Shown piece by piece: positions 36,802 through 51,318 of a stretch of 64,000 nt of DNA. Numbering within the stretch: the first letter of the stretch is position 1; each line of letters starts with the position of its first letter. A program made the position numbers and the translations under genes. This DNA is from Massalongia carnosa (lineage: Eukaryota). The notes under the pieces were generated by a model. That model was not told the DNA's origin, did no database searches, and saw nothing but the letters and a program-made list of their open reading frames with translations. The stretch is taken from positions 186,001-250,000 of the forward strand of contig OZ287071.1 in NCBI GenBank assembly GCA_965645245.1. The letters run 5' to 3'.

Positions 36802-37932
36802 ATGACATCAGTAACAGTCCATGCCTAACGGAAGAACGCGTCTACGACCACGGAGCCGGTTGGCCAGTCCGGCCATCGTTATATCATCCAGCGAGTCCTC
36901 CAAGAGAAAGGAAATCCGCTGCGCCGCGTCTGTCTTGCTATGTACGTGCTCCTGAAACTCGACAACTGACGCTATTTAACTTGCTAGCCTCTGTCGACCT
37001 AGCGCTAAAAACCAGAAATTTATATTGAAAGACGTCTCCCAGTCTGATTTCAAGCATTTTCAGGATATGTACTACTGCCTGCGCAACTGGCACTTATCTC
37101 CGCTTATCTTAAGACACGATCCCGGAGCGGTCGATATTTGTTTACAGATACTTCATAGACGATCTTCTAGGCCTCGCCCGAGAGGACTTATCGATCGCGC
37201 TTATAAAACAAATCCTCAAAGACACATTACGCGGACTTGCGGCGCTGCACGACCAGAACATTGTTCATTCTGATAAACCAGGCTCCTTCTGTTTATGGGG
37301 CTGATACTCTGCAGATAGCAAAGCGAATAATATCTTGGTCGAGCGGAAGAAGGATCATCACGGAGTGGTTGTTGAACAGGTTCAGCTCGCCGATATTGAA
37401 GACGCTGCATATATACCTCCTGGAAGCGATGTCACCGGTAAACAGATGGGCAACTGAGTGTGGCGGAGCCCGGAAGCACATGCTCAAGGCCGCGTTAAGT
37501 ACTCCGATATATTCTCTTTCGGTGTTGTTGTAAGTCAACTACCATCCCTCGTATTTTAGAGTGGCTGTTCACTAGTGTCGTCATGCAATGCATTTACGCA
37601 GTGTTTAAGTGAGTCATCTTCGCCGTCGACGAAGAGGAGCTGGCTGACGGCGAGGAGCCATTAGCAGTCGTCCTCAAGCGCCAGATCTCTTATTTTGCGG
37701 ACGAGGACGGACTGAATGGGCTCTTGAGCATCTTGGCGACAGTCCTTGATGCGAAGTTCTTAAAGTTATTCAAGACAGCTTTAACACGGCTAACCCGCAT
37801 AAGCTGTTCTCTTTGTGGAAAGGCGTAGACACGGACTTCAAAGATCTTATTGGTGGTTTGATGAACGTTGATCTAGCGAAGAGGCTCACGGCGCACGAGG
37901 CATTGGCACATAGGTGGTTTGGGGACGTTTGA
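36802..37932 (+). pseudogene. Ser/Thr protein kinase pseudogene
   Basis: RYIIQRVLQEK, FILKDV, LRGLAALHDQNIVH, VQLADIEDA, WRSPEAHAQG..SDIFSFGVV and DFKDLIGGLMNVDLAKRLTAHEALAHRWF, with stops, frameshifts and a damaged intron donor. Confidence 0.85.
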
Positions 37933-38343
37933 GTTAATAGCCGTAAGTCTTGGCGTCGCATACGTCACGTGATATGCTTATTGAATATATCGGTCAAGGG
38001 CTCACATGGGAATGGTTCATTGAACCTCACGTATATAAGGTAGCTGAAGATCGCCGTTATGAGACGTCCAGAATCAACTCATGTTAATACTCATAGCATA
38101 CACTAGATAGTCTCTAGCTACTTCAGAGCAATACTAAGCTTGACAGGAATCAAAGTTCTAAGAGATCTGATAGTACCTGTTCCTATCCCATCTTCTTCCC
38201 TGTAACTGCATCTCTCAACCCTCTCGTCGGAGACTACCTACCATGTCAGGATTCTAGGATCATTCCTAGATTCTAAAAATATTGTTCACGAAACAATCCA
38301 CATACCTATCTACCAAGCCGGATGAGCATCCAGTATTCTAAAT

Positions 38344-40437
38344 CTAGCTCTTCGTCTGTTTGAGTATGTTCATGAGTCCCTTGATTTGCTCCCTCAGCTC
38401 ATCCTTTTCCTTCTTTAGCTCATCCATCTGCTCCTTGTTCTCTTTCCTCTGCTGCTCCATCTCCTCCCTTTGCCTTTCCTCCTTCTCCTTGTTCTCCTCC
38501 CTTTGCCTTTCCTCCTTCTCCTTGTTCTCCTCCCTTTGCCGTTCCATCTGCTGAAGGAGCTTGTCCATCTGCTCCTTTTGCTCGTCGAACAGTTTTTGGG
38601 CGCTGGCAGGAAGAACGGGAATCGCGAAACCTTCGGCATCTCGACCCTGCGAGGATTGTTGGAAGCCACGCGAGTCATCCTCCAAGTTCATCGTACCTGC
38701 AGAGAATGATAGCGTAGATGAGATCGGGAGAACTGCGATTGCTTTCTGAAGCCGTTTCAACAGTTTTGAAGCGTGTATCACTAGGATATTGCGAGCAAAA
38801 TTGTGGAGGGCCAGCAGGTCCCTCTCCTCGTGTGCAATGTGGAAATGCCGAATATGATGGCGATAATACGTCCATTTTTCTTCTTCAACCAAGGCATAAT
38901 GCCCGTAGAGGCGGGCATCTTTTTGATCGTGTGAAATAGAATAGACAACGATATTGCCAAGCAAGCTCTCGAATTGCTTGTCCTCTCGGTACTGATCTGC
39001 TTTTTGCTCAAGCTTGAGAAGAGCCTTGACCGCCACACTGCAGCTGTGCATATTCTGCCGGTCAGCCCAGTCAAGCCCTTCGTTGCCGCACTTGACCTCG
39101 CACATTAAGAACGGGAAACACAACTCGGCGGTTGGTCGCGTTAAGTTTTCAAAGGATGTATAGTTGGTCAATTTTTCATTTTCTGCTATTGTAAAAGCAG
39201 AAGAGATAAAGCCAACGGCCAGGTCAGGTTTAGGCCGAGGCCCTGCGAGAACCCAACTCTTATGCCACTGCGTGCTAACCTCATCGGTAAAATGCTCGAA
39301 CTGGTTTACTCCGTTCTTGAGATAGAGTGCTTTGATTGGCGGCACAATCAACGGCGTAACATCTCGGTTTATCATTGCTTCATTTCGGTTTCGGCAGAGT
39401 TTGACCACCTCTAGTGTTTCGACCTTGGAATAAACAGTAGGAGAGATGGCCATGTATGTCAACTTTTGAAGATCGTTGCAAGTCACTTTGCTGTCTAGAG
39501 AAACAAGTTTCTCGCCTTTGTAATCATCCATGTCCAGACCTTGTGTAAGAATGTAATTTTCGTACGATTTGGTATATTGCTGCGGGGCATCTCCATCTTT
39601 ACGGCTCTGAGAATAGCTCCAGGATTTTCCATCCTTGCCGCTTTGAGAACGATCCGACGTTCGCTGTCGTTTGTTGGTGCTATTCGAAAAAGACATTGCA
39701 CGGGGCTCTGCAAAGTTGTCGGGCCAGGTATGGTTCGCGGTCCAATAGCTGATAGGATCGTCTTTCTCTTCCTCTTCGCTTTCTGAGGCTTTGTGCCCTT
39801 CTTCAGGCCTCTCAAAAATGGGACTGTATGTACTCGTACCTGATTGTTGTGGTGTTTGCCGTAAGGCCTTGCGCCTTTCCGGAGAGCGATTATTGACTTC
39901 CTCCGAGCGCGATTCTGGGGAAACAGCTCTCCTCCTTTTCTTCTCAGATGATTGCTGGTGTGGGTTGCTTGTTGATGGTGATGGTAGCTGATGATGTTCT
40001 TCAGTCTCCCCTGTGAAAGTCTTTCTCTCTAGATCAAAGGGCTGACCCTTAGTTTGAGGGACTAGATCTTCAACCCCTTGTGATCGCTTTCGCTTTTGAT
40101 CGAGTCTTTGGTCTAGGCCTGAAGGCTTCTCGCAAGTCGGTAAGTCCTGTGAACACTTTTTTACGATTAATTTTCCACGGTGCCATTAAAAGGAATAGAG
40201 GATGTACCGAACTGTGAGTATTGCTTGTTGACAGAGAGGAAAATGAATGCTGCTGAATGGTTTGGTCTTGGAAGTTCGCTCGCTTCTTTTGAGGTTGATG
40301 CTTTGTGATATCTTGAGGGCGCTTTTCTGTTCAGAGGTGAGTAAGAGCGAAATGGACGAACTAGAATGGAACATCTCACGATTCAAAGTTTGCCGCCCTG
40401 ATTTCTGGGCGTCAGGTTTTCGTTGGTCAGCGGCCAT
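38344..40437 (-). CDS. PD-(D/E)XK-like (DUF7924-type) protein with a C-terminal coiled coil; the 5' extension probably includes one intron near 40150-40208
   Basis: 450-aa ORF 38344..39696 has PKPDLAVGF..FPFLMCEVK..ADRQNMHS..SISHD..YGHY and an 11-aa ERQREENKEKE repeat. The frame stays open upstream to about 40180. The start at 40437 is inferred. Confidence 0.7.
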
Positions 40438-40928
40438 GTCGATTGAATTCGAGAGGGATAGAAGATGGTTTTTATGTTGGAGTACTCCGTAATCGTGCTA
40501 GACCACTTTCGGAATGCAGAGAGCACCCCTCAGTGCTTACCGGCCACCCGGCTCAAAGACGCATTTTCAACATTTTACACCTCAACTTCAACACGGCAAC
40601 AATCAACTATTCAGCTATCGAGGATTGAATTGACAGTGCAATTGACGCGTTACATGATGGTTTGTATACTAGTCTAACAATTGGAAAGTAGGAATGGGGC
40701 CATACTGCGCTTGGTTTGGTCTCAAGATTTATTTCGTGGTTTTTTACTAGAGATAGAACTTAATATTACGCGTGGCTGGATAACCAGTGGCTTGTTCCAA
40801 ATTGCGTGATGATAATTGGATACTAGAGAATCATGGCTGAGTTGGCCCGCTGACTAAACACCGCACCGCTCCAACCAAGAGCATCCTCCGTGTTTGTTAC
40901 ATCCACAGTTTTACATACTCCCTTCAGC

Positions 40929-42841
40929 ATGTCGAAATCCGATCGAGAGAATTGTCCAGTATCTTCATGTTCTCGAACATATTCTGGTAGTCGATGCAAA
41001 GACTCTCTGAGAGAACATCTTCGCGAATTTGGTGCTAAGTGCGATATCCATAGAGCTTATCTGACCATCAACTTCTCTTCGGTAGCGTTAGGAGCATCTT
41101 ATTGTAGAGTCTGTGGGAAACGATTCCTTCGAAAGTCAACGTGGAAAAGGTATGAAGATTCGCGTACGTACATCGAAAGAAATCTACTCATTATTAGCCA
41201 TGCTCATGGGGGTTTTTAAGATTCCGAGAAAGTCTTTCGTTGCCTACTATGTCCAAAGACTGTTAACCAAAGGCGTCTTTTGGACCAGCATGTCCGCAGA
41301 GCTCATAGGAGAAAGGCCAACATAGTCTCAATCCACTCAAAACAAGCTCTTTGCGAGCCCTAGGATGATATTATCCCGCCATTAGAGCCTACAACCTGTC
41401 CAACCCTATCATATGAAGAAGAGTCTACAGCGTATACGAGATGTCACGAAAGCTTTATGCCCGATATGTGGCTTCAGCCCAGCGAGCCGTACGATACTGT
41501 GCCATTGAATAACCTCAGACACGTCTTCGGATCGTGGGGTTTAAGTGATTTATTAGACTTGAGCAGTAGTATGACACTAGTTGGGAAGCAATCCCTTCAA
41601 CAACCTGACGACTCTTCTGTGTTTCTTATAGGTGGGGGTCAGACGAGGCGTGACATGACCGATTCTTTATTCTGCAGATGGGATGCAGCTATCGATTACA
41701 ACGCGGTACCCCAGGTAGGGGCCAACTTGAATGATGGGAAGTCATCCCGATTGTTTGAACAAATAGTTACTTCGGAGCCAATCATACGCGATGATCAGTC
41801 GCAACTGAATCATTCGTTCTCTGATCAACAGCCACTTTATAGCTCAATGGCTTTTTCGAGTATAACTCATCCAGGAGCTTCGATAAACTCCCTCTTCTGT
41901 ACATGGGAGGCAGGTATTGAAACGAATGTGCTGCCTCATTACACAAACACTGCGAATCAGGAGGAATATTCTGAACCCTCTTCCCTTCCACCGCCTTCTT
42001 CCGAGACTGCTACGGATTGTGCTCTATCAAATTATGTGGACTTTGAGGCGAGAATGCTCCTTGACTATTCCACGACACATGCAAAGCCTCATATGAGTAC
42101 GCTACAAGCGAATTATGGCTCAATAGCTTCCTTGTTCTGCACGTGCATCCTCATGCAGATACCCATATATCTTGTTGGCAAGGACCTCATAGCCCTGTGA
42201 TTTCAGTTTCAAAGCGAGTTGCCGTAGCCGTGATCTCTGACAAAAGCGCAAGCCATGAGGCGAAGATTCTGATCTGGCGTGAATGGAACTCGAAAGATGA
42301 GTGCAGTCGTGTCGATCTCTATATCCCATCTCCAGAGCCAACCAGTGGTTATAATGCCATTTGGGGAAAGCGTAACTTTGACGAATCGACAGTGTTTGAT
42401 GAAAGTGAGTTCATTTTCTTTTAACAGGAGGATCAAAATTGTCCAGCGAACAATTTCTCAGATATTTCAATATGTTACCAGAGAGCAACCTTTAATGCGA
42501 AATTTTATACCTTTTTTAAAATATCTCATTACAAATACTCTGACGACGCTGCCATTCCCTCTCGGTTTTCTGAAGGTACGCCAAGCAAACTCGAGTAGAT
42601 TCACTGCGGAATAAGGATGTTGCAAATAGGCACGCAAATAAGCAAGAAGATGTCTATAATGAGGTGCGATAGGAAAGTCATCTACAATAGATGGAGCGTT
42701 ATTTGGTTTTTCTATCTTTTTGTAATAAATTCGCCTTTTCTCGTAGAAATCAATGTCTACTACCATGCTCCTCTGCCATTTTATCCGCATTCTTGGGCCA
42801 GTGCATTTATCCCCAATATATCTAAAGCTGTCGTAAAATAG
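40929..42841 (+). pseudogene. C2H2 zinc-finger protein pseudogene
   Basis: CPVSSCSRTY..LREHL, YCRVCGKRFLRKSTWKRY and FRCLLCPKTVNQRRLLDQHVRRAH, separated by in-frame stops; a low-complexity ORF continues at 41457-42200. Confidence 0.6.
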
Positions 42842-43149
42842 AAATCTCAACCTCATCGACAATCAGATTTATCCCTAGATACATAAGTCTGTATTAGGCC
42901 TCCTGGGAGAATGAGCTCGAGAGACACCTAAGAAACCAATAGCGAGCCTTGAGAAAGAGTAGCGGTTTTGGGCCTCTCGTCGCGACGACTTAGATAATTC
43001 CTCGACATCTTGTGACACGTTTTAACACCCTAACACCGTTGATCCTCCTCTCTTTCTCAAATACTCACTCTACTACTACCTGATCATCTTAACTCTCCTA
43101 GAAAGATTCTTATGAGGATTTCTTCCACTGCAGAGACTGTTGCTAAAGC

Positions 43150-43385
43150 GGCAGAGACAAGAAAGAGGATATTGAGGCCGGAGCATCCTTCCACGCTGAG
43201 CAGCATGGCCAAACTAGCATTGACCTACTGAAATCAAGGACGGTGAAAGGAGGCCGAGGAGCTAGAGATACAAGTGATGAAGACGGGCTCAAGGATACTG
43301 GGAGAGGAGCATCTAGACACACTAATCAGTATAGTCAACCTGGCATTGGCATACACGAATCAAGGACGGTGGAAGGAGGCCGACT
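43150..43385 (+). pseudogene. TPR-repeat fragment of the NLR-associated 42-aa type, about 2 units
   Basis: RKRILRPEHPSTLSSMAKLALTY*NQGR*KEAEELEIQVMKTGSRILGEEHLDTLISIVNLALAYTNQGRWKEA. Confidence 0.85.
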
Positions 43386-46300
43386 GCAAGCATTATCAAT
43401 GGTTTTCTCAAATCAATTTTCGATTGAAATTTATCCGAGTTAACCTTCCGAACTGTGCTTAGGTCCGTAACTCAAATGAAATGATGACATCCAAAGTCGA
43501 GCGAGCGAAGCGACAAGCACAATCAGATCGTGCTAAGAAGCGGCATAATCAGGAACTACTCAAGCAAGCACTGGTTAGCTGGATCCTTTGACAGAACGCT
43601 GAAGCAAAAATCCGACAAGAAGCTATGTCGTGGGAAAACATTGAATTGAAACATGCGCTTCTTGATAGAGTTTCTAGGTTGATATTATGGATTACATCCT
43701 CTGGATTTATACCATCTTTTCTTTTTAACCTAAAGGTTTCAGTCTCTTCATCATTCCTAGATAATAATCGAAGCTTGGCACTTACTCAGTGATCGACACC
43801 TCCCCCGACCTGCCACCAGGAGTGGGCACGCTGACGCTACTCATTATCATTCTCGCTCCTACTTTTTCTAATGCTTTTCTGCTGCTTTTATAGACTCCGA
43901 TTATGGGTCACGAGACTCCTGAACGGGAAAGACATCTTAGACGTAGTGCTGTGAGCGGATGAGATCAATGCAAGCCGATAAAAAATGGCACTGCAGAGTG
44001 GCACAGAATCCTCAAAAGCTTTATAACTAATCCTCAAGCATTAGATCGATCCATCCCCGCTAGCCTCCATAACCTCACCAAACCCTTCACCCCTTCCTCA
44101 CATACTGCTCGCCTCCTTTCTCTCTAACCTCCCCATCCCCCCCCCTTTCCTATTCGTCCGATCCGTTCGCCTCATGATCTATATCCTCCTCCCACATCTG
44201 TATCTGATCATCCCATGGATTCTGACGCGCCCAAATCTCTTCCCATTGTCGAGGCGTCCATAGCTGATCCAGTACTGCGCGTCGATGCGGTGGAAAGGTC
44301 GCTTCACGCCATTCGAATAATCTGGCTCAAAAACGCCCCCCTTGTTCAGGAGCGATCAAGTTGGCCCATTTTGTGTCTGCATGGGCCCATTGTCCTACTG
44401 CCACTTCCCATACAAGGGAGAAGTGTTTCAACATGCCGGCTTTTTGTTGATGGACACTAGGCAAAATTGGCATTTGCGGAATTAGCCTCCCCATTATTTC
44501 CTACCCTATTATAGGTAAGCATAACGAATCATTTTTTGATGATATAAATTGCCACTACATTGAGCCTCGATTATGAAAAGCGCAATCTCATTCGCTACAA
44601 GATTCAAGCGCTTTGCAAAGCGTGCCTCCTGCGCAAATATGGGATTGCCTATGATTCGCAGGGCCATTCTATTCTCAATAATAACGATTTCGTTTTTGAT
44701 CGCCCTATCATGTTAGTGTTACTTCAGTCAGGAAGGGTTGTCAAAAAAAAAGCAAAGACCTGATTGAATTATTGAACAAAGACGGAGCTTACTCTTCTTG
44801 TATGATCAAATACTGTCCCAGTTCCTCCCATAATCGTAGCATGTCATTGATATTATTTGGAGATGAATAATCTATTAAATAAAAAGACGCCATGATTGTT
44901 GATGATGAGGATTGATTCAGAAGATTATATTGTAGACCTTTCTGGTTGATATCAGAAAAACGTATTCTTGAAATCAACAAACTTTCTGCTGTAAATCGCC
45001 AGGATTCGCTTTATTATCGCGAGAGATCTTGAGTGTTGAGACTGTGGTGAAAATATGACGGCGCAAGAAAGAAAACCTTGTAAATGGTTTCTCAATATAT
45101 CTAGATGCTAGCAACGAAGGGGGAAGCAAGACGTCATCAGAAATAAACAGGAAAGCAATAACTCCGGGGCGTCGATATGACACAAATTAACCGCAGTTCA
45201 ATGTAGACCATATGCCGATATGTCCATTTATTTCTGCGTAATTAGCTGAAATATTCAGTGACATCTGGAACAATGTCAAACATGGGACAACAGGACAGGT
45301 CGCTATTATGATTTGTATCTAAGCATAATGAGCATAACACATGAGAAATAGGCCGAATGATATTATAAATATAGAGATCTCGAGATTGAGAATTACGTGT
45401 GCTACTGTGTAGGCTGTCAAAGAAACGAGAAATTGACATATGAGATAAATAATCAAAATCAAGATATTTTCTCCGCTCTTACTTCGCAGTAAGAGGTTGC
45501 ATCGATTTGTGTAACAGTATAGCGTAGCATCTACGAGAGGTCTCTCACTACTCCGCAGAACTTGATCTCGCCATTGATCATTCTCCTCTGAATGGAGATG
45601 ACACGTCTCTAGTGATCTATTCATCCACAATAGTGCATCATACGATACCCCAACGCTCAAAGGATCAAGAAAGCAGAAAATCCGAAAGCTCAAGCATTTG
45701 AGGATCATGTGTCCCTAGGGAATTTTGGGTCAGCTCTGGGTAATGCCCACATCCCTTCCGCAAAGAATTTGGTGTTCGGAAACCTTGAGCCACTCACTCA
45801 CGGCAACTTTATCGACGTCAAAAAAGGTCGGCCCTCGCAGATGGGATGATGTTGGTTGGTGATTATGCGGCTGCTCCCATAGCAGTTTAACACGGAGTCT
45901 CTGACGGAAGACAACAACCTTTCGGCCACCTCCTAGGCCCAAGGTAGTGCAACGATCCTCATCCCTATCGCTAACCCTAAATGCCTGAATTGCTGCAAGG
46001 TCGATGAATCTTGTGGGAACTTTGATTCGAGTTAGCCTTCGTGGCACAGTATGGGGGGATGACCATAGGACATGCCTCTTCACAGAAGGCATAGTTCGCT
46101 AAATGAGAGGAAGTGGATGTGTTTACTGAATGTGCTTGTCCTTGAACAAGCATTGCTCGTAAGAATGCGTCTTGATATCTTGAAGCCGCTTTCCTAATGA
46201 TGGTCAACTCAAGCACACTGAACATGAACCACGGGTATGCCCACTTTTCCTGACGTCTGACTTTGCTTGACCGCGAGTCATGTGGATTGGAAGAAGAGGA

Positions 46301-46619
46301 TAAGAGATAGGTTTATGGAGCCGCTGGCTTGAAATAAGACAGATGGTTGTCAACAGAAGATGGTGTGGCCGAGGCGAGAAGGTGTTGGCAAGATGTGTGA
46401 TGCTAAATTAGGGACCAGTTACGCGCCCCACGGCAGCTTATTGGCAGAGCACAATTTGTGATCATCACTTGTTGTCGACGATAGGGATTAGTCGAGGATG
46501 CATGACTTGTACGCGCCAACAATCAAGTCCCACCCCTCCTTCCAATGCATATATCCTAAATCCTTTCCATTTTATTCCGCTAATGGAATATCCAAACCTC
46601 ATTTTCACGTTGAGGCAAA

Positions 46620-47035
46620 TTACTGAACACGCGATCGAGCGGGGTCTCCAAAATCAGGAATGACAGGATGTCCGGGGGAGAAATGATTCGAAAAAGTTAT
46701 ACTCTTAAAGATACGCAGCCTCATTTCTAGCTCAACGCCATCGACCTTTTCATCTGTAAGAGCCTTGATCATAGTTAGCTCTTCCTCAGTCGCTAGCTTC
46801 ATGATAATCTGTTGCCCAGTTTCTGTATGCTCCTTGCTGATAAATGCCCAGGCCACCTTGAAGAACTTCTCAATCTCCACAACTTGAAACCGCGTATTCT
46901 GTCTTGATATAAGGAACATCCACTCTCGGAAGCCAGTTTCGAGTTCGGTCTGCGGTCGTGATCTAGCGGTAGACTGTGATGGTTTTGTATTAACGCTGTT
47001 CTTACTCATCACAGCTTCGTGCGAGAACTTGCACT
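46620..47035 (-). pseudogene. N-terminal fragment resembling fungal ZNFX1/NFX1-type helicases
   Basis: CKFSH (end of a CCCH finger), FFKVAW..QQIIMKLATEEELTMIK, then after a frameshift PDILSFLILETPLD; recognised from memory only. Confidence 0.45.
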
Positions 47036-47810
47036 ACTATCATTTAAAGTAAGACAAAGCTATAGAAAGCACGAAAGATTATCCCTAGAGGCAATGCTAT
47101 GGTAAAGCTCTCTTCTAGTAGTGCAAGGCTCTTATGGGGTTAGTTAGTGTCTTTGCATTTCAATGTGTGCTGTCAACAGAGAATTCTTATCTTTTTGTTA
47201 ACTGTTGGTAATTGTTCGTGTCAGCGGCGTGAAACATCTGTTTTCTATTATGGTTTAGCTCGAATCCAGCGGAGTATTCAAGGATTTGATTCATCTTTCT
47301 TCTTCATTTAGCACCAGCACTTGTTATTAATAGACTTCATCATTCAACTAATCCTCCGGTGACCCAAAAGTTCTTTTCTAACCCTCTTTCATGAGATCCT
47401 TTTCCGAAACCCCTCCTTATTTAAAATCCTGAACGTCGTAAATGAAACATTTCATAGACCCATCCGTGTTTTACGATAAATTTTACACCCAATATTGTAG
47501 AAGTATGAGGTTATTCATTGTTGTTATATTAATGATTCTATGACTCTACTTCTAAGGTCTGAAATCCTCCTAGTCCAGGATGCGTGCCGTATACCGGAAT
47601 AGGTCTACTGTTACACGTGACCATAATAATGTCTAGCGCCATAGGTTGGTATCCAACACCCCCCACAAGCTATGCGCTAGTTACGTAAGAATCGCCCACG
47701 CTAACGAATCGATTTTTATCTTGTTTTTTCTGGAAGAATCAGCAGCTGTTGGTTGCATCGGTTCATTGGTAGGTTGTGGCTCCAGGTAGTGTGGCTGTGC
47801 TGATTTGGCT

Positions 47811-50800
47811 CTAGGTCATCTGCATCTGTTCGACAAAAGTGTGGAACTTTGCGTGCGTTAGGGCCTTCGTCAGGCCGTCGGCGATCATCTCCCCATTTGG
47901 CACGTAGGTCAACTCGATTCTCTTTGCCTCCACCTCGTCTCGGATGTAATGGTGCTGGATATCGATGTGTTTGGTCCTGGCATGGAATACTGGGTTGTGT
48001 GCCAGAGCAAGAGATCCTTGGTTGTCACCTTTGAGTGAAACAGTGGGGTCTCCGTCGCTGGGCTTGAGGCTGTTGAGGTCTCTGTCGATCGCTTGTACGC
48101 ACGAGTTCTTGTTGGAGACCTTGATCTCAGCATGCTGTTGGTCCGCTTCCAACACCCCAAGCTCTGTGAGGAGTAGACGAAGCCAGGTGGCTTCTTTGGC
48201 GGCCAGCGTGAGTGCGATGTATTCCGCTTCTGTGGAAGAGAGAGCAACTGTTAATTGCCTTTTAGAGCACCAGCTTATCGGTCCCCCGTTCAGCATAAAG
48301 ATGAAACCGGATGTTGACTTCCGGCTGTCCTTGTCACCTGCCCAATCCGAGTCCGAATAGCCTTCGATTTTCAGTTCTTCATCCCCCCCATAGGTTATGC
48401 CTCGATGTTTCGAGCCCTTGAGGTATTTGAGGATGGTTTTGACTGCTTCGTTGTGCTGATGGCTCGGGTTATTGGCAAAGCGACTTACGAGGGACGTGGC
48501 GAAGGCAATATCTGGTCTGGTCTCTACCATGGAGAACATTATGGACCCCGTCATTCCTTGGTATCTCTCCTTCTCTGGTGGTGAGGCTTCTCCTTCCTCG
48601 CGTTGGGAGAGTGGCACAGATTCTTTCATCGGGGTGTTGACGGGGTTGGCTTTGTCGAGATGGAATCTCTCCAACACTTTTTCGATGTAGGCCGGTTGAG
48701 ACAGTTTGATGGTTCGTTGCTTTCGATCCCGATCTATTCTCAGTCCTAGGTAAAAGCTGATGGGACCCATATCTGACATAGAGAATGCAGCTGTGAGTTC
48801 TGCTTTGACTCGCTTGATTATCCCACTGTCCTTTGGCGCCATAATCTTGATGTCATCTACGAAGACGCTGAGTACGGGACCTTTCAGCCCTGCACCCGAT
48901 ACGAATATACTGTGGTCTGCGTGGATGCGTTTCAAGCCTAGTTTCTCGAGGAGGAAGGCTGAAAAGCGTTCGTACCAGAGGCGGGGAGATTGTTTGAGGC
49001 CGTAGATAGCTTTCAACAGTTTGCAAACCATATTCTTTGTGGCTTCTGTCTCAGTTCCCTTTGGAATCTCCATATATATCAGTTGATCAATGAGGCCATA
49101 GAGAAAAGCCGTTTTTACGTCCATCTGGTCGATGTCCAGGTCGAAGAAGGCGGCAAGGGCGAACAGGGTTCTGAAGGCCATTGGCTTCACCACGGATGCG
49201 TAGGTTTGATCGAAATCAACACCAAACTGTTGTAGGTACCCTTTGATAACCCATCTGGCTTTGAATCTAGATACCTTGCCTTCGACATCACGCTTGACCT
49301 TGTACACCCACTTCCCCCCCAGAGGTCGATGACCTGACTCCATCTCGTTCTTTGGTATGAGAACCCAGGTCTTGTTTTCGTGTAGAGAGTCTATTTCTTC
49401 TTTCATTGCCTGTGCCCACTGCGAGGCGTGGGGGCATTGCATTGCCCTGTTGTATGACTCAGGTTCTTCGACATCTAATTGGGTGGCAAGGACGTAGTCT
49501 CCTTTACTTTGGGCGTTGGCCTGAATGAGCCTCGAAGTCAAGATTGTGTATGGGTCGTCGTCTGCGTCATGGCCGTCCTCCTCGCATTCGATGTTTGTCA
49601 GGAACGCGTTTGCTTTTTCCTCCGAGCTGTGTTCCAAGTCAAGGTCTAGCAGCTTGCTGAGATGTACTATCAGATCTTGATCTTGAGCCTTTTGTGTAGG
49701 CCTTATCGTTCGGCCAGACCGAGACTTCCTTGTCTCCGTAGTTTCATCTCTAGTAGACCTTTCGGCCCTTCCTAGGGGTTACTTTACTGGGAATTGACTC
49801 GCTGGCACCTGTTGCATTGTTGAACTTTCGGCCTACATCCAACATCTGTGTGTCGCTCGTCGCCTCGTCATCGTCATCGGAGAGTAAGAAACCTGAGAAG
49901 GTGGGAGTGTTTTTGTATTCAGGAAGCTCGGTGGACGTCTTGGCCTCGTAGTCTTCAAAGATTCTGAGATCTTTGATGCGAATGACTTTGTTCTGTTCTC
50001 GGATGTGGACTCTGTAGATTGTATGACCATCGTATCCAACAAGAATACCGCGTAAGGCTCGTGGGTTCCACTTCTCAGACTTTAAGGCTCGTTCCTCTTC
50101 GTGTAGGAGAACGTACACTGTCGAGCCTAACACTCGGAGGTGTTGGATATCTGGGTGGATTTTCTGCTGTGCATGGTAGGGGTTGTCTCCACCTAAAGCC
50201 TTCGTGGGACGAACGTTTTTGACGTACGTCATCGCAAGAACAATTTCAGGCCACAGCTCGTCATCAAGGCTTCCCTCTAGGATTGTCGCTCTTGTCATAT
50301 CCATGATGGTTCTTCCCATTCGTTCTGACACGCCGTTTTGTTCCTGAGAGTACGGTGCTGAGGGTTCAAAAGTGATGCCCTTCTTCGCAAACCATTCCTC
50401 TACCCTTTTGCTCTGCAGTTCTGATCCATAATCTGAACGTAGGCGTTCGACTGGTCTCTCCTTGTGTGACCTGGTTTTGCAGAGGTTGTAGAAGGTCTTG
50501 AGACATTTGAACCAATCGCTTTTCCGGGCACCAGTGTGCACTTCGGTATATCGCGTGAAGTCATCCGTAAATGTGAAGAAGTATCTCTCCCCTCCAAAAC
50601 CAACAGGGTTGATGGGACCTACTAGGTCTGTGTGTATAAACTGGTACGACTCGCTTGCTCGTTTCTGAGGCTCGTGGCGGTTGTAGATTTTTGTGGCTTT
50701 CGCACGTTGGCAGCTGTCACACACGTACTTTTCTGAGTCGTCCACGTAGTCGATCTCCAGTTTGTGGAGATGTTGCTTCAGTGAGGGGAAGTTGAGGTGG

Positions 50801-51318
50801 CCGAGTCGTTTGTGCCAGGTGGTGAGAGGTAGTTTTGATGAGGTGGTGGTCCTGTAGGCGTGTGGTGGCCACTCGTACGTGTTGTCGTCGATCTGCTTTA
50901 GATGAGTTGCAGAGACAGAGAGGTTGAGAGGGTGAAGAAGGAAGCTGGTCCTCCACCTTTCGGCGTAAGCCAGGGTTTCCTTTGTTCTTCTATCATAGAG
51001 TGTCTCGTTCTCATTATCATAGAAAATTCCATGAATGTTAAGAAGGCCGAGGCTGACAAGATTAGAAGGACTGTGGGGAAGGAAAAACACGTTGTTCAGG
51101 TTCAGGATCACTCCTTCGCGACCGTCTCTCAGGCTGAGGCGAAGGCGCACCTTTCCACGGCCTGGTGAAACCCCATCTGCAGTTGAGCCTCCGATCCGGG
51201 TAGGCTTTTCGTGGTACTCAGTCATCAAGCTTCGATCATTGCACACGTGCACGTCCGCCGCGCTGTCAACCAGCCAGGAAGCGTCTCTCGGCCCTTTGAC
51301 CGCTAGCACCTTTGGTTG
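47811..51318 (-). pseudogene. Copia A pol (PR-IN-RT-RH) with one frameshift at about 49755
   Basis: ORFs 49750..51309 and 47811..49637. Relative to copy 1 there is a 2-bp and a 21-bp deletion in the IN-RT linker. RT FVDDI and RH YSDSDWAG..ADGLTK are intact. Confidence 0.9.

Noticed and set aside
36802..39696. Spok-type meiotic driver
   Set aside because: The nuclease-like and kinase parts are separate genes on opposite strands, and the kinase is a conventional, pseudogenised one.
43400..46600. Several 60-130-aa ORFs as genes
   Set aside because: I recognised no motifs; they are probably decayed sequence and are left unannotated.
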